Assembly: GCF_009914755.1 (NCBI RefSeq)
Contig: NC_060929.1
Source of the DNA: the human T2T-CHM13v2.0 reference genome, Homo sapiens
DNA: 64,000 nt
Strand: one strand, 5' to 3'
Part shown: positions 39,210 to 52,171 of the stretch, one piece after another
Layout of the letters: every line of letters starts with the position of its first letter
Position numbering within the stretch: position 1 is the first letter of the stretch
The notes under the pieces: model-generated
What the model was told of the DNA's origin: nothing
The model's database searches: none
What the model saw: the letters and a program-made list of their open reading frames with translations, nothing else
Made by a program: the position numbers and the translations under genes

Positions 39210-42200
39210 TGCTCCAAACTTATACTGCATATTTTCCTGTCTCCACCATTAGGCTTTGGACACACTGACTTTCTTTTTATTCCTAGGAGATAATAAGCTC
39301 ACTTTACCTCAGGACCTTTGCAGCAGCTCTGCCCTGTGCTTAGATTGATCTGTCACGAAACCTTAAAGTCTGGCTGATTCTCATTCTTCAGATTCCAGGT
39401 AAAATATCACTCCCACAGAAAGGTTTCCCTTCCCACACAATCAGAAGTCACAACCCTGTCACATAACTTTGTTTAAATTCTCCATAACTCACTCACCCTC
39501 ATCTGATATATTTATTTTCTAGTTATTTTTATTTGTTCATTCATTCATTTATTTAAAAAATTATTGGCTGTCACTTTCAAGAAAGTTTAATACAAATTGT
39601 GACCTTGCCTCTTTAGTTCAGGTTGTTACTTCAGGGCACTCAAATCTAATTCTGCAGCAAATTAGTAAATCCATTAATAAGTTACTAAATACATTTTTGT
39701 TTCATGTGGAATGGCAGAATTGTGCTCCCATCAGAAGTAACTGCATAGTATCTGTATAGTGTCTTAACATGGGTGGAAATCCAGTGATTTCTTTCTGCAT
39801 CAGTGATACGAGTGGTTTGAAGAATGCTTTTCCTTTGTGACAGTGCAGGTAACTGAGAGAATGATTACCTCTCTGCATCAAAGCATGTCCTGATGAAAAA
39901 ATGAACGCAAGGCAGAGTGCTAGAGATTGTTTGCGTCTTCCATTGTTCATCTTTCCCAGATGGACAGGGGAAAGTCAGAGCTAATAAAACAGGATTTAGT
40001 CATGAGGGTTTTGAGGAAATATTCATGATCCAGATAAGTCATTATATACAGTGCCTACTGCCATGCCTTGTACAGAATAAACGATCCAAAACAATGTGCA
40101 CGTTGTTTTCAAATAGCTTACAAAGGAGATAATGCTAAGTGTATACATTAACCTAAAAGACCCCTCAGTTTCCTGGAAATCAGCACCCTCATCTGACCAA
40201 AAGAGGTCAGAACCAGGGATGAACCAGTGTTAGGATTAAGCATGGGGTAAAGAGGGTTGAGAAATAGCTGATACTTATAACCACTAAAAATATCCAAATA
40301 GAAGGCCCATAAGGTTATATTTAATAAAATATGGTTGATCATTTTCCTGAGGAGATAGGAAAAAACTCATTAATTGCAGCTTTCACATCTGTGGGTGCGT
40401 GACTGTGGATACATGCATATGCTCATCAAGATTTTTATGGAAACACTAACAAGTGAAGAAGAATTAATAAGATGAATATGATTATGATAGCCTTGGCAAC
40501 CAAACTAAGTTCTTGCTAAATAGAGGGGAATCTCAAAAAGAGAAAATGCAAGACAGATAAAAGGATCACTATAGAATTCTGAGAAATGTATGTGACAGTG
40601 TCAAGAAATTAATAAACTATGATTACCTAGAGATTATTGTATCATTTTGGTATTGTTTATGTCTTGAGAAAATTAAAGAAACAAGGCGGATCCTTCTAAA
40701 GAAAAGAATAAAATTCAAAATTCTAGAGATGTTTGAAAGAATATCAGCAAATAATTACTCAAATATAAATGTTACTATTCAAGGGCAAGTGCTAAGTCCT
40801 AAGTGCTAAGTGGTTACAAGGGACCCCAGAATCATGCTGGAGGTGAAACAGTGACAGAACGGGCACTTCCAGTAAGAAACTGAAGACTGGCTGCACATCA
40901 ATTCACTCAGCGACTGGAGGTAGAGCTTTTGGAAACAGGTAAGTTACTAAATGTGAAATTCAAGTGATTAAAAGGTTTTGACACCAAAGCAACTAACTTC
41001 ATACCATAGTTTGGCATTCGTTGTCTCAGAAGAGAATTAGCATTTAGAAACTGCAGCCTCAGAGAACTGTGAGAAGGCTTTCAGGCACTGAGAAGGAGCT
41101 CCTAGAAGGAGATCAACCCAACATGGAGTTGTAAGCAAGTACTACAACACAGAGTAAGAAAAGCCACAATAAGGTAGATACTGATCATCTTTATTTTCTA
41201 GGCAGATTTTATTTTGTATGTTGTAGATTTTGCTATTATTCTAGTTTAAAGGGACTTATCTCAATTCACAGTTCAGTTAATCTTGATTTATTGTACAAGT
41301 TCTTAAAAAGTTATCCCTTTTTCAGACAATAGTTAAATTTTGTACTATAATTTTTAACCCCATAACACATCAAATAAGTAGAGTATAAAAAGCAATATTT
41401 CAATATTATGCATTTAGGCTGATATAAAGTGTACTAATTAAGTTTATACTACTTTTTAAAATCAGAAAATATCATGTGAACAAAACTTAGATTATACATC
41501 ATATTTGATGAACCCAAAAGAAGGGCAGGACTGGGTATGGTTTATAGGGTGTAAATGCTGCTTATTACAGGATATTTTATTCTAACTACTATCTCAGAAG
41601 AAAAAAAAGTGGAATAAAAAGCAATGTTATGGAAAATAACTGAATATTTTAGTTTTGGTGCTAGAGAGAATCTAATTTTCATTTTTATTTAAGCAGACTC
41701 TATGACTACATGCAGAAACGCTAGCAATTGTTTCATCTGGGTCCTATAGAAGACTGTGACCTTCTGGGGAGGATCTGTCAATTCACTGATGTTAGAAAAG
41801 TAACCAGCTTTAACTCAGGGCAGACTGACTTGGAATAATGTAAAACCAAACCAGGATATCATAAGGTAATCTAAGAGCTTATGTAGAAAAAGCTAAAATA
41901 CAAAATTTCAATTAATATTAGCTCTAATCAATAGTCACTGGAGAAAATAGTTATATGGGTTTAAATTGTGAACTTTTGAAGTAGTTATATAGAAAAGAAA
42001 AACCTTCAAGTCTTTATGTTTTAGAAGTTTGAACACAGAGTGCTTCAGCAAAGAAGAATCCCTTCTCCAAATCCTTTGCTGTTTGTGAAATATTTATGCA
42101 GGTGAAAATGAAAGAAATGTTTCCATATGAAGAAGTTAGTAATGGAACTCGTCATTCTCTTTTTATAGTCATATATTGACTGTATGTCATTCAGTATCCT

Positions 42201-42462
42201 TGGCTATTAGAGAATGGCCACAGCACAGAATGACTGGGAGCAGAGATAGTCTCCAAATAGTCTGGATTTGATATTTAAATGTCTTAAATATACATGTCAA
42301 TTATAGAAATAATATTATGAACATGGCCAGTTAGAATTTGAAGCATTACAACATCAGAGCAGTCACATTTTATTGTAATAAAATGAATGTGGGCTTTGGG
42401 GCAGACTTACTTGTATTCAAATTCAGGTGCTGCCACTTTGAGTGAGTCTTTAAGCAAAAAAA

Positions 42463-42575
42463 TTTTTTTTTCATTTTTAATGTTTATGGGTACATAATAG
42501 ATATATATCTATATACTATATATAGATATATACTTACGGAGTACACGAGACTTTTTAACACAGGCATACAATGCT
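42463..42575 (-). mobile_element. Short L1MA1-3-type 3' tip
   Basis: Poly(T) then TTTATGGGTACATAATAG...GTACACGAGAC...ACAGGCATACAATG. Flanked by CAAAAA(AA)TTTTTT TSD-like repeats. Confidence 0.65.
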
Positions 42576-42634
42576 GGACAAAAATTTTTTATTTCACTTT
42601 AATAGTAATTTGTAGTAGTAGCACAGTCAAAACA

Positions 42635-42760
42635 GTAATAATAGTATTTATTGAGCATTTACTGTGTTCCAGGCATCATTCTAAGTTCTTTTCTATATTC
42701 CTTTAATTCTCACAAAATCCAATGAGATAAGTATTATTAATATCCTCATTTTACAGAAAA
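42635..42760 (-). mobile_element. MIR
   Basis: ATTTATTGAGCATTTACTGTGTTCCAGGCA...TTTAATTCTCACAA...CCTCATTTTACAGA. Confidence 0.7.
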
Positions 42761-42973
42761 AAATTGTCACCAATTTTTTAATAATAGTCCCCAAGAACTA
42801 TTTGTATATTAGAATTTCTTGAATATATTTTTAATTACACACTATGTAAATATGTAAAATGTATATCATGGGTATCTTGAAGAGATAAATCTCTCTTAGT
42901 AGGTATTTATTAAAAGGTAGGTATAATTTTATTACTGTAGGGAAACAGATTGTTCTTTAAATTCATAATAATA

Positions 42974-43200
42974 GCCTGCCTGCCTGCCTGCCTGCCTTCC
43001 TCCCCTCCTTCCTTCCTCCCTCCCCTTTCTTCCCTCCTCCCCTTTCTTCCCTTCCTTCTTTCCTATCATCTTTCCTCCCTCTTGCTTCCTTGCCTTCCTG
43101 ACTCCCTTACCTTCCAGACTTTCTTCCCTATTCTGCAGCCTTTGCCTCCCTGGCTCCCTTTGTCTCTTCTTCTCTTCCCTCATTCCCTTTATCCTTCCTT
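42974..43200. repeat. (CCTG)n followed by a CT-rich polypyrimidine low-complexity tract
   Basis: Seen directly. It explains ORFs 42932..43183 and 42950..43279. Confidence 0.9.
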
Positions 43201-43338
43201 TGGTCAGATAGTCATCCCAGTAAGTATTTCTGTGGGACTACACACTGTGTTAGTCATCCCAGTGAAAATCATGTGGTGAATAAGAGATACAGTTTTTCCC
43301 TAGTGAGCTCATGGGCTTGTGGTGGGGAATTGAGGAGC

Positions 43339-43701
43339 TGTGTTAGTCTGTTCTCACACTGCTATAAAGATTTTATCTGAGACTGGGTAATTTATAAAGA
43401 AAAGAGGTTTAATTGAATCACAGTTCTGCATAGCTGGGGAAGTCTCAGGAAACTCACAGTTATGGAGGAAGGTGAAGGAGAAGAAAGCACCGTTTTCACA
43501 AGGCAGCAGGAGAGAGAGCAAGAGCAAGGAAGTGCCACACTTTAAAACTATCAGCTCTCAGGAGAACTCACTATCACAAGAATACCATGTGGGAAGCAGC
43601 CCCCATAATCCAATCACCTCCCGCCAGGTTCCTCCCCTCAACATGTAGGGATTACAATTGGAGATGAGATTTGGGTGGGGACACAGAGGCAAACTATATC
43701 A
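43339..43701 (-). mobile_element. MSTA/THE1D MaLR solo LTR
   Basis: TGTGTTAGTCTGTTCTCACACTGCTATAAAG...GAAGTGCCACAC...GATGAGATTTGGGTGGGGACACAGA...TATATCA. TSD GGAGC/GGAGG. Confidence 0.85.
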
Positions 43702-44834
43702 GGAGGTAAGCATTAAAGTCATTAAAATACAATTAACCAATTGTGAAAATAGAGGAAGATGCTTGAGAATTTGTAACAGAGGGCCTGACCTAGGCTAGGG
43801 ACTTTTTCTCAGGTTAAATAATTTAATATATAGAGCTATAATTACACTTGGCTAAATTAATTTTGTTGATTCTGTCAGAGATTCAATTTTAATGTTAGAT
43901 AATTTAATATGACTTTGAAATGATGATTTACATATTACATTCTACTTACCTAATGTCATTTTAAAGTTGCATTCAAATTTTTGATTTATATTAAAATTAA
44001 GACATAGTTTTAAAGGAATACTATCTAAACTTTACAGAATGTACGATTATTTTATAGCCATTTTTCCCTTTGGAAATGCACTTCTAGAAAAGCAATGAAG
44101 AAATAATACTTGATTTATAAAATTCAACCATACAAAAGAAATCTTTTCAGAAACACATCCTGTTGCATAATTTAAAAATACTTTGGAAGTTGCCTTGGAA
44201 CATGAAAATCATCATAAATGAAATAGTCCTCATTATGCTGTTGACTAAGTCACAGATACTATAATTGGAAAAACTGAAAGGACAAGAGAATTTTCTCAGG
44301 ACAGCAAATAAGTCATATTTTCATCATATATTTTGCTTATCACATTTGCTTATCACATATCTCTATATAATCAGTCCCATGGGACATTTAAATTGGTTGG
44401 TCCAGTTGAAATGGGATTGTTGGAAATTAATGCATTTCTAGATATTATATTTCATAATTTAAAAAATTTGGAAATGAAATAAAACTCAAGTTCAATTTCT
44501 TAGAAGAAAATTGGACTGTGACTTGAATCTGCAGGATAGAGAACTCAGATGTATTACTGATTTACAACCACTGAATTTATGGTTATTTGTTTATTTATTT
44601 TCTGTGCTGCTTCAGGCCTTGATTGGAAGTTAACAAAGTTTTGATTATTCAATTTTGCTGCTTGAACTGAGAAAGAATAAGTAGTATTGATGGGTAGAAA
44701 AGGTGGCTATTTAATAGCAATACAGGAAGTATGAATGCTTATCTGTACTTTCTCCCTAATATAACGCAATCAACATAGCAATAATTCTTAATGGTTTAAG
44801 AACAGAAAAAAAATAATAGTTAGCTCTATTGATC

Positions 44835-45435
44835 TTTTTAATGCTGTGTAACAAATGATCACAAACTTATTGGTTAAAGTCAGTATAAATGTATTATCCC
44901 TCAGTTTCCGTGAATTAGGAATCTATGCCTAGGCTAACTAGGTCCTCTGCTCAGGGTTTTCACTAGGCTGAAATCAAGTTGTCAGCCAGGTTTGCAATCT
45001 CAGCTAATGCTTGAGATTCTCTTCCAAGCTCACTGGCTGTTGGCAGAATTCAGTTCCTCGGAGCTGTAGGACTGAGGCCCTCAACTGCTAGAGGTTTCCC
45101 GTGGTTCCCTGTCTCGTGGCCCACTCTGCAAGTAAGTACAAGTTACACTACAAGTTACACTCTAGAAGTAAGCTTGGCAGTTTACTTCTTCAAGACCAAT
45201 AGGAAAGCAACTCTGCCATTTTGAATCTATTTTTCTGTCCCTGATCTCTAGACTCTCTTTCAGTGGGCTCACCTGATCAGGTAAGGATAATCCCTCTTTT
45301 GATTAACTTAAAGCCATCTGTCTAAGCATCTCAATTACATCTTCAAAATCTCTTCATCTTTGCCATATAAACTAATCATGGGCATGATATCCCATCATTT
45401 TCACTGGGCCCACCCACACTCAAGGGAAAGGGAGA
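44835..45435 (-). mobile_element. MLT1E-type MaLR LTR
   Basis: GCTGTGTAACAAAT...GGTCCTCTGCTCAGGG...CCAAGCTCACTGGCTGTTGGCAGAATTCAGTTCCT...CCCACACTCAAGGG. Confidence 0.75.
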
Positions 45436-45811
45436 ATTCTACCTAACACAGAAGGTTTCCCCAGGATTATTGCCACCTGGATCATTTTCAAATACTAATA
45501 GATACAGAGAATACCATCAGGAGAGAATTATACAGTAATTGATACGTCTCTGATAAATTAGTTGATATTAAAAATAAACTTTTAGTAAACTTTATAACTT
45601 CAGAAATATAAAAACTAAATCAATTGACATTTAATTAGAAAAAAGTGTCAAAATATATTGCAACATTATGCATTTTATATTTTTGGTATAAAAATTAAAA
45701 TATGACAATATTTTTATGAAAAGGTATTTATGTGTTATATCCTATTCACATACCTATTTTAAAGTAGCAAAACATTGGTGAATTGAATTTTTAGGCACAG
45801 CAGTAAGACTA

Positions 45812-46061
45812 TTTTTTTTTTGAGACAGGATGTCGCTCTTTTTCCCAGGCTGGAGTGCAGTGGCATGATCTTGGTTCACTGCAACCTCCACCTCCCTAGT
45901 TCAAGTGCTCCTCAGCCTCCAGAGTAGCTGGGACTACAAGCAAATGCCACCATGCCCAGCTAATTTTTGTATTTTTTATAGAGACAGGGTTTTGCCATGC
46001 TACCCAGGCTGGTCTCAGATTCCTGGGCTCAAGTGAACTGTCCACCTCAGCCTCCCAAAGT
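45812..46061 (-). mobile_element. AluJ, 5'-truncated by about 35 nt
   Basis: CCTGGGCTCAAGTG is a J diagnostic. The element stops at CCTCCCAAAGT. TSD AGACTATT at 45806-13 and 46062-69. Confidence 0.9.
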
Positions 46062-46256
46062 AGACTATTCTTATATTTTCCTTTCATTGTGGAGTAAAAC
46101 AAAAATTGTTTCATATGAATACATTTTCACAGTAGGAAGAAACAAATTTCATTCTTAACTGAAACTTACAATGGCCAGAAATTAAGCCACTCCCAAAGTC
46201 ATTAATTGTTTCACCTTTGGCTTCTTACCTCCCATTTATTGAAAATCAAGAGGAAA

Positions 46257-46570
46257 GGCTGGGTGTGGTGGCTCATGCCTGTAATCCTAGCATTTTGGGA
46301 GGCCAAGGCAGGCAGATCCTGAGGTCAGGAGTTTGAGACCAACCTGGCCAACATGGTGAAACCCCATCTCTATTAAAAAAAATACAAAAAATTAGCCACG
46401 CATGGTGGTGGGTGCCTGTAATCCCAGCTACTCGGGATGCTGAGGCAGGAGAATCACTTGAATCTGGAGGAGGAGATTGCAGTGAGCCAAGATCGCACCA
46501 CTGCACTCCAGCCTGGGCAACAGAGCGAGACTCCCTCTCAAAAAAAAAAAAAGAAAGAAAGAAAGAAAAA
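46257..46570 (+). mobile_element. AluSx-type
   Basis: CCTGAGGTCAGGAGTTTGAGACCAACCTGGCCAACATGG, with an A/(GAAA)n tail. TSD about GAAAATCA(A)GAGG. Confidence 0.92.
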
Positions 46571-47244
46571 GAAAATCAGAGGGTGTAAAGTTGCATGTTT
46601 TATTTGAAATATTCTGACTTCTGTATTTTTTATTTAAATACAGTTTTAGAACCATAAGACTTTACATTTAAAATACGTAGGGCCTTGGATCAAAAAATAT
46701 ATATAATTTTATACATAAATACAAAATATACAATAATAAAACTCACAAATGTTGAAATGACAAAAATATACATAACACAGATTAACAATAATTAGATTAT
46801 ATATATATACATATATATAATTTTGATATTTAGAATTGTTCCCTTGCATCCATACACAAATAGAGCATCAGGGGCTTCTGTTCATGAATTATATGTAACA
46901 TTTAACTTCCAGTTTGCTTATTTTTTAAGACCTATTAACAAACAATTAATAAATAATGAGATTAGTCTTTTCTTAAATTTATCTAAAGTAACTTTAGAAG
47001 AAAGATATTTCTAGCACCTTTTATATTTATTTACTTTTACAACTTTTCATGTTTTAGGAATGACTTCTAACATTTCTACTGAATCAAATGTGTACAAGAG
47101 TTTGTAAAGGCTGGCTGTAAGAAATTATTTTCATGCTGTATCAGATTAACAAATACTATTTAGAAAATTCTTCCCCAGGTACATAACCCCTTTTGCAGTA
47201 GTGTTTATTGAAATGAATATGAATTTGCAGAAAGCCACATGATA

Positions 47245-47430
47245 CTGTCTGAGCACAGACTTTGGAGTCAGACAGAACTTAAAGGCACAGCCTCTTGCCA
47301 ACGGTGTGACCTTGGCTTGTTATTTACTCTTTCAGAAGGTCAGTTTGTCACTCAAGTAATATAATATAGAAATGAGGTATGAAAAATTATTAGCATATTA
47401 TCAGACACAAATTACATTCTGAGCAAGCAG
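47245..47430 (+). mobile_element. MIR
   Basis: GAGCACAGACTTTGGAGTCAGACAG...GTGTGACCTTGG. Confidence 0.65.
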
Positions 47431-47900
47431 TGGTTAATATTTTTATTAAAATATGAGCATCCTATATTTTCTGATAATATCAAAATGAAATTTTTGACTC
47501 TAATTTTACTCTTGCCTTACGAAGCATTGGAAGAGATTGTAACAACAGTGTAAACAAAACAACACAAGAGTTCATGTTTTGGCATGATATGCTCTTGGTT
47601 AAACAGGTGAAGGTCTGTGTTATTTAACTATCTGCATGTCAGCCCCATATTGATAATATTCTACATTGTTTCTGTCATTTGGAAAGCATAGGCATCATTT
47701 CAAAAGCTTCATGTTAAAAGCTGGAAGGAAAATTATATTATGTCAACATGACCTACTCCTGATTCGTGAACCTTTAATTTTAGTAGTACTTGTGTTTTTT
47801 TTTTATAAGCTTGAGGAACAACAACAACAAAAAAAGTTACATGTAATTGAGGTTTTGAGACTGTTTAGAATTAATCACTTCAAATAAAAAAAAAAAATCC

Positions 47901-48188
47901 AACATTCTCAGCAAACTATCGCAAGGACAAAAAACCAAACATCGCATGTTCTCACTCACAGGTGGGAATTGAACAATGAGAACACATGGACACAGGAAGG
48001 GGAACATCACACACCGGGGCCTGTTGTGGGGTCGGGGGAGGGGGGAGGGATAGCATTAGGAGATATACCTAATGTTAGATGACACGTTAATGGGTGCAGC
48101 ACACCAACATGGCACATGTATACATACGTAACTAGCCTGCATGTTGTGCACAAGTACCCTAAAACTTAAAGTATAATAATAAAAAAAA
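47901..48188 (+). mobile_element. 5'-truncated L1PA3-like 3' end
   Basis: CATTCTCAGCAAACTATCGCAAGGACAAAAAACCAAAC...AACTTAAAGTATAATAATAAAA. TSD AAAAAAAATCC ends at 47900 and 48191. Confidence 0.92.
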
Positions 48189-48889
48189 TCCCTCTATCCA
48201 AGGTAGAGATCACCTATAATTGCTAGATTTTTAACTCTGGGAGATGTTGACATTCTACCTGCCACATGTTATCAAAACATGGTATGTCTTTAGTAAAGAC
48301 AAATGCCTACCCATCTCCTGAACTAAGTGCTGATCTCATTTTGCCTATCTTTTGCCAACCACTTGATGTTCACATGGGAAGTCAATGATCACTATGCCAA
48401 AATTTCCTTTAAAAAAATAACAGTTTCAACTAGAAATCCACATACTATTCTGGGTTCCAAAACCAATACACTGGGATCTTGAGGTGTCCTTTGCCTCCAA
48501 CATACCAGATTCTGAGTAGCTATTATATATTTACTCAGTGATACAAAGAAAAAAATACTGCCTCTTTATGACTTGAGACTGCTTATATCTCACCTAAAGA
48601 AACAAATATATTATTGAGATATGCTTAGGAGAATAGGCTGATTAGCTCATTGATTCAGCCAATATGTTGTTATTGAGAACATTACAATAACATTCTTTTT
48701 ACACAAGTTCTAAAGAAAACTGGGGAACAAAATAAATGGTCCTTGTCTTTGAAAACTTAAAATTTTGTTCATAAATTTATGATCAAGGGTCTATAAATAA
48801 CATGATTTTAAATTCATGCCCATCATCCAAATTATCTTAATTTTTCTTTGATTGCATTCCTGTTCCTTCACTCTTCAGGCTTCATTCTT

Positions 48890-49045
48890 TGCACTTTCCA
48901 GTTATGTGACCTTAGTCAATTCATTAAGCTATCCAAGCTTCAGTTTTCTCATTTGTAAAGCAGAAATAATAACAGTACTTAATAATTTTCCTGAGGAAGA
49001 AATAAGATGATTGTGAAACACCACGGCCTAGTTGTGAGAAAAAGC
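48890..49045 (+). mobile_element. MIR
   Basis: TATGTGACCTTAGTC...CTTCAGTTTTCTCATTTGTAAA...ATAATAACAGTAC. Confidence 0.65.
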
Positions 49046-49359
49046 TAAATAAGCACTAGCAATCACACAGTTGTGTGTGTAATAATTACAGTTGTCTGAA
49101 TAATAGCAATCACAATAATAATAAAATTACAATAATAATTTTTATATTTGTTCATGATTGAATGCCACTATATTGCTGACATTTTAGAGCAAACATAAAA
49201 TGTAATTATAGCCACAGAACAACAGAATATTGCTGTTAGATTAAGCACAAAAATCAAGTTACTGCAATACCAATTTTACACAGATACTGATATTAAGAAA
49301 GGCTGTGCTACCTACCCATTGGTGACGGGAAACCTAGTTCTTTTCTACATCACTCTGCA

Positions 49360-49592
49360 TTATAATAATACCTAGAATTTATTGTGCACTTACTAGGTCT
49401 AAGTAATGGAATAAAAAAACCAGTAATTTAATTTAATGTACTTTCACAGCAATCCTATGATGGGTATATATCACTGCTACTATTTCTATTACTATATGGG
49501 AGGAAACTGAGCTTCCTCTGCTCTGAGTGGCAGAGCCCGGGTATGAACATGGGTAATCTGACTCCAGAACCCAAATACATAACCACTCTACC
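49360..49592 (-). mobile_element. MIR
   Basis: TCACAGCAATCCTATGA...GAGGAAACTGAG...GTGGCAGAGCCCGG...TCTGACTCCAGA. Confidence 0.7.
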
Positions 49593-50109
49593 AGATGTAT
49601 AAATTTGTACATATATTTCTCTGTGTATGTGTTTTGTGTTTAATTATATAAATACAATATATGAGTTAAATACGTATGTGGTATTTTTTACAGAATTTCA
49701 TTGTCCTTATTTTATCTCTCTTCCTTAGGCTTTAAAGAGCATATATTCTAACATTTTTTAAACTTTTAGAATATTTATTTACAATGGTGGCTCAGAATAT
49801 GAGAAATTAGTGACTTAGGGAAGGAATTTCTCGTTTTAGTTTTCTCATTTGTAAATTGAAATAATCTGGGTTCAGATGACCTTAAAGTTAACACTTTTGA
49901 AACAAGAAGCAAAATAAAACAGATCTAAATAAATAAATCTGGGATATTATTTAGCAGGAGGAATTTCATGTTCTTTAATAACAAGAGGAAGAAAAAAGGT
50001 GAATAAATGATACAGACATGGAATTGGGAAAAACTGGTTCCTTCTATATAACAAGATAAATATTAAAAGAAATATAGTATTTTAACAAAAGTTGAATACG
50101 GTATGATAA

Positions 50110-50413
<304 letters not shown>

Positions 50414-50894
50414 AACATTTTTAAAAGGTTGTAATATGTAAGAGTTCAATGTCAAACAGTTCCATATATATTCATTAAATATGCTATGAATATATATATG
50501 TCAATTATTAATACCAAAGATTGGTAGACAATTCTTCATGGGGCTCATGTGCTTCTGGATGTCTTACACGAAGGACTGAATGTCTTTGTTCCAGAATTTC
50601 TTTTCAGGGCTATTTTTGTAGCAAAATGTCTTGGAAGACAAAGATAAATGGTACCTCTCTCTGGAACAAAGGGCAAGTAGGGCTTACTATTCAGGATAAG
50701 ATTCAGGTTCCTTAAGTGCAGAGTTCCTCTCCTATAACACCATCCACTGCATATGCAGGTGTCACCTGTCTCTTTCTCTATCACCTCAAGATTTGGACTC
50801 AAATAATAGATGCCAAATATGCTAATACATACACTGCTTACTGTTTGAGAGAAATACACATTTGCCCATGACTCAGGAACCTGTCTTTTGCCAA

Positions 50895-52171
50895 CGTATA
50901 GTTAGGGTTCTCCAGAGAAACAGAGCCAATAGGATATCTATAGATATATAGAAAGAGATGCATTATGAGGGACTGGCTCACATGATTATGGAGGCTGAGA
51001 GGTTTGCAAACTGAAGGCCTAGGAAAGCCAGTGGTGTAGTTCTAATATAAGCCCAAATGCCTGAAGACTAGGGGAGCCAATGTTGTGAGACCCAGTCTAA
51101 GTCCAAAGGCCCAAGAACCAGGAGCACCAATGTCCAAGAGACAAGAAGACGGATGTCCTAGCTGAAGAAGAAAGAGTAAATTTATCCAAAGGTGAGGCAT
51201 AGATATCTCTTACCACTAGGGAATGTATCCAAGTCACGCAGCAAAGTATGTTAGTGGTGGAAGTTATCTGAGTCACATGGCACCAAAATATGTTAGTGGT
51301 GGTGAATCCATATGGGTCGTCAGCAACCTCAATTCTTGCCTCCTCAGAAGAAACAATTTGACTGAGGGGCAGAAGGCAGAAGTACAGACTGAGGCAAGTT
51401 ATTAGAGCAGGAGTGATAGTTTATTAAAAAGCTTTAAGGTAGGAACAAAAGGAAGGCAAGTACACTGGGAAGAGGCCAAGCGGGTGACTAGAAAGACAAG
51501 TGCACAGTTTGACCTTCAGACCTGGAGTTTTATATGCTGGCATACTTTTGGGGTCTTGCATCTCTTCTCGGATTTTATCCTTGGGGTGAGCTGTCCAAAT
51601 GCACAGTGGCCTGCCAGCCCTTGGGAAGTGAGCATGCCCAGTGTGTTTACTGGAGTCGTATGCATACTCAGTTGAGGCCTTCCCCACTTAGCAGCTGAGT
51701 GTCCCTAATAGGTCATGTAACAGTAAACTCCGCTATTTTGCCTCTTAGTGTACATGCTCAAGTCCACTCACGCAACTCCTGAGATCTTATCAGGAAGCTA
51801 CTGATCACACCAGTTTCAGTGTTTTACTGTCTGTAGAAAGACTACCTTTTCCTGGCCCTACCTGCGACCAATTTTTATTTTAGAGAGACAGTTAACAACC
51901 ACCTGACCATCACCTGATTGTCACCTGACATTCCTGGTTGGTGGAGGTCGGGGCCTCTCCTACTCTGCTCATGTCTGCCTAATTACCTACTAGAACAAAT
52001 AGAGTGAATGATGCCCACCACATTGATGAGGGTGATAGTCTTTACTGAGTTTACTGATTCAAATACTAATCTCTTCCAAAACACCCTCACAGACACACCC
52101 CAAAATCATGTTTTACCAGTAATTTGGGCATCTCTTAGCTCAATCAAGTTGACATAAAATTAATGATCACA
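50895..52171 (-). mobile_element. MLT2B/C ERVL LTR, split by MER50
   Basis: AGGGTTCTCCAGAGAAACAGAGCCAATAGG...TGATTATGGAGGCTGAG before MER50. It resumes GATGCCCACCACATTG...ACACCCTCACAGACACAC...CAAGTTGACATAAAATTAATGATCACA. Confidence 0.8.
51208..51997 (-). mobile_element. MER50 ERV1 solo LTR
   Basis: CTCAATTCTTGCCTCCTCAGAAGAAA...TTTAGAGAGACAGTTAACAACCACCTGACCATCACCTGA...GCTCATGTCTGCCTAATTACCTACTAGAACA. Confidence 0.8.

Larger units (their letters stand above)
37880..39690 (+). mobile_element. L2a relic interrupted by MIR and MLT1C
   Basis: AGGCATTGAAACTTAATATATTCAAAACAGAACTC...ATATTTCTCAAATCC...ACCTCAGGACCTTTGCAGCAGCTCTGCCCTGTGC...CTCATTCTTCAG. Confidence 0.55.

Noticed and set aside
42498-42532. 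AT-rich inverted repeat TATATCTATATA...TATATAGATATA
   Set aside because: It is a trivial consequence of a (TA)n expansion in an L1 tip.
51225-51310. Approx. 40-bp direct repeats (TATGTTAGTGGTGG), superficially CRISPR-like
   Set aside because: They are internal tandem units at the MER50 end. There are only two or three copies, no unique spacers, and the DNA is eukaryotic.
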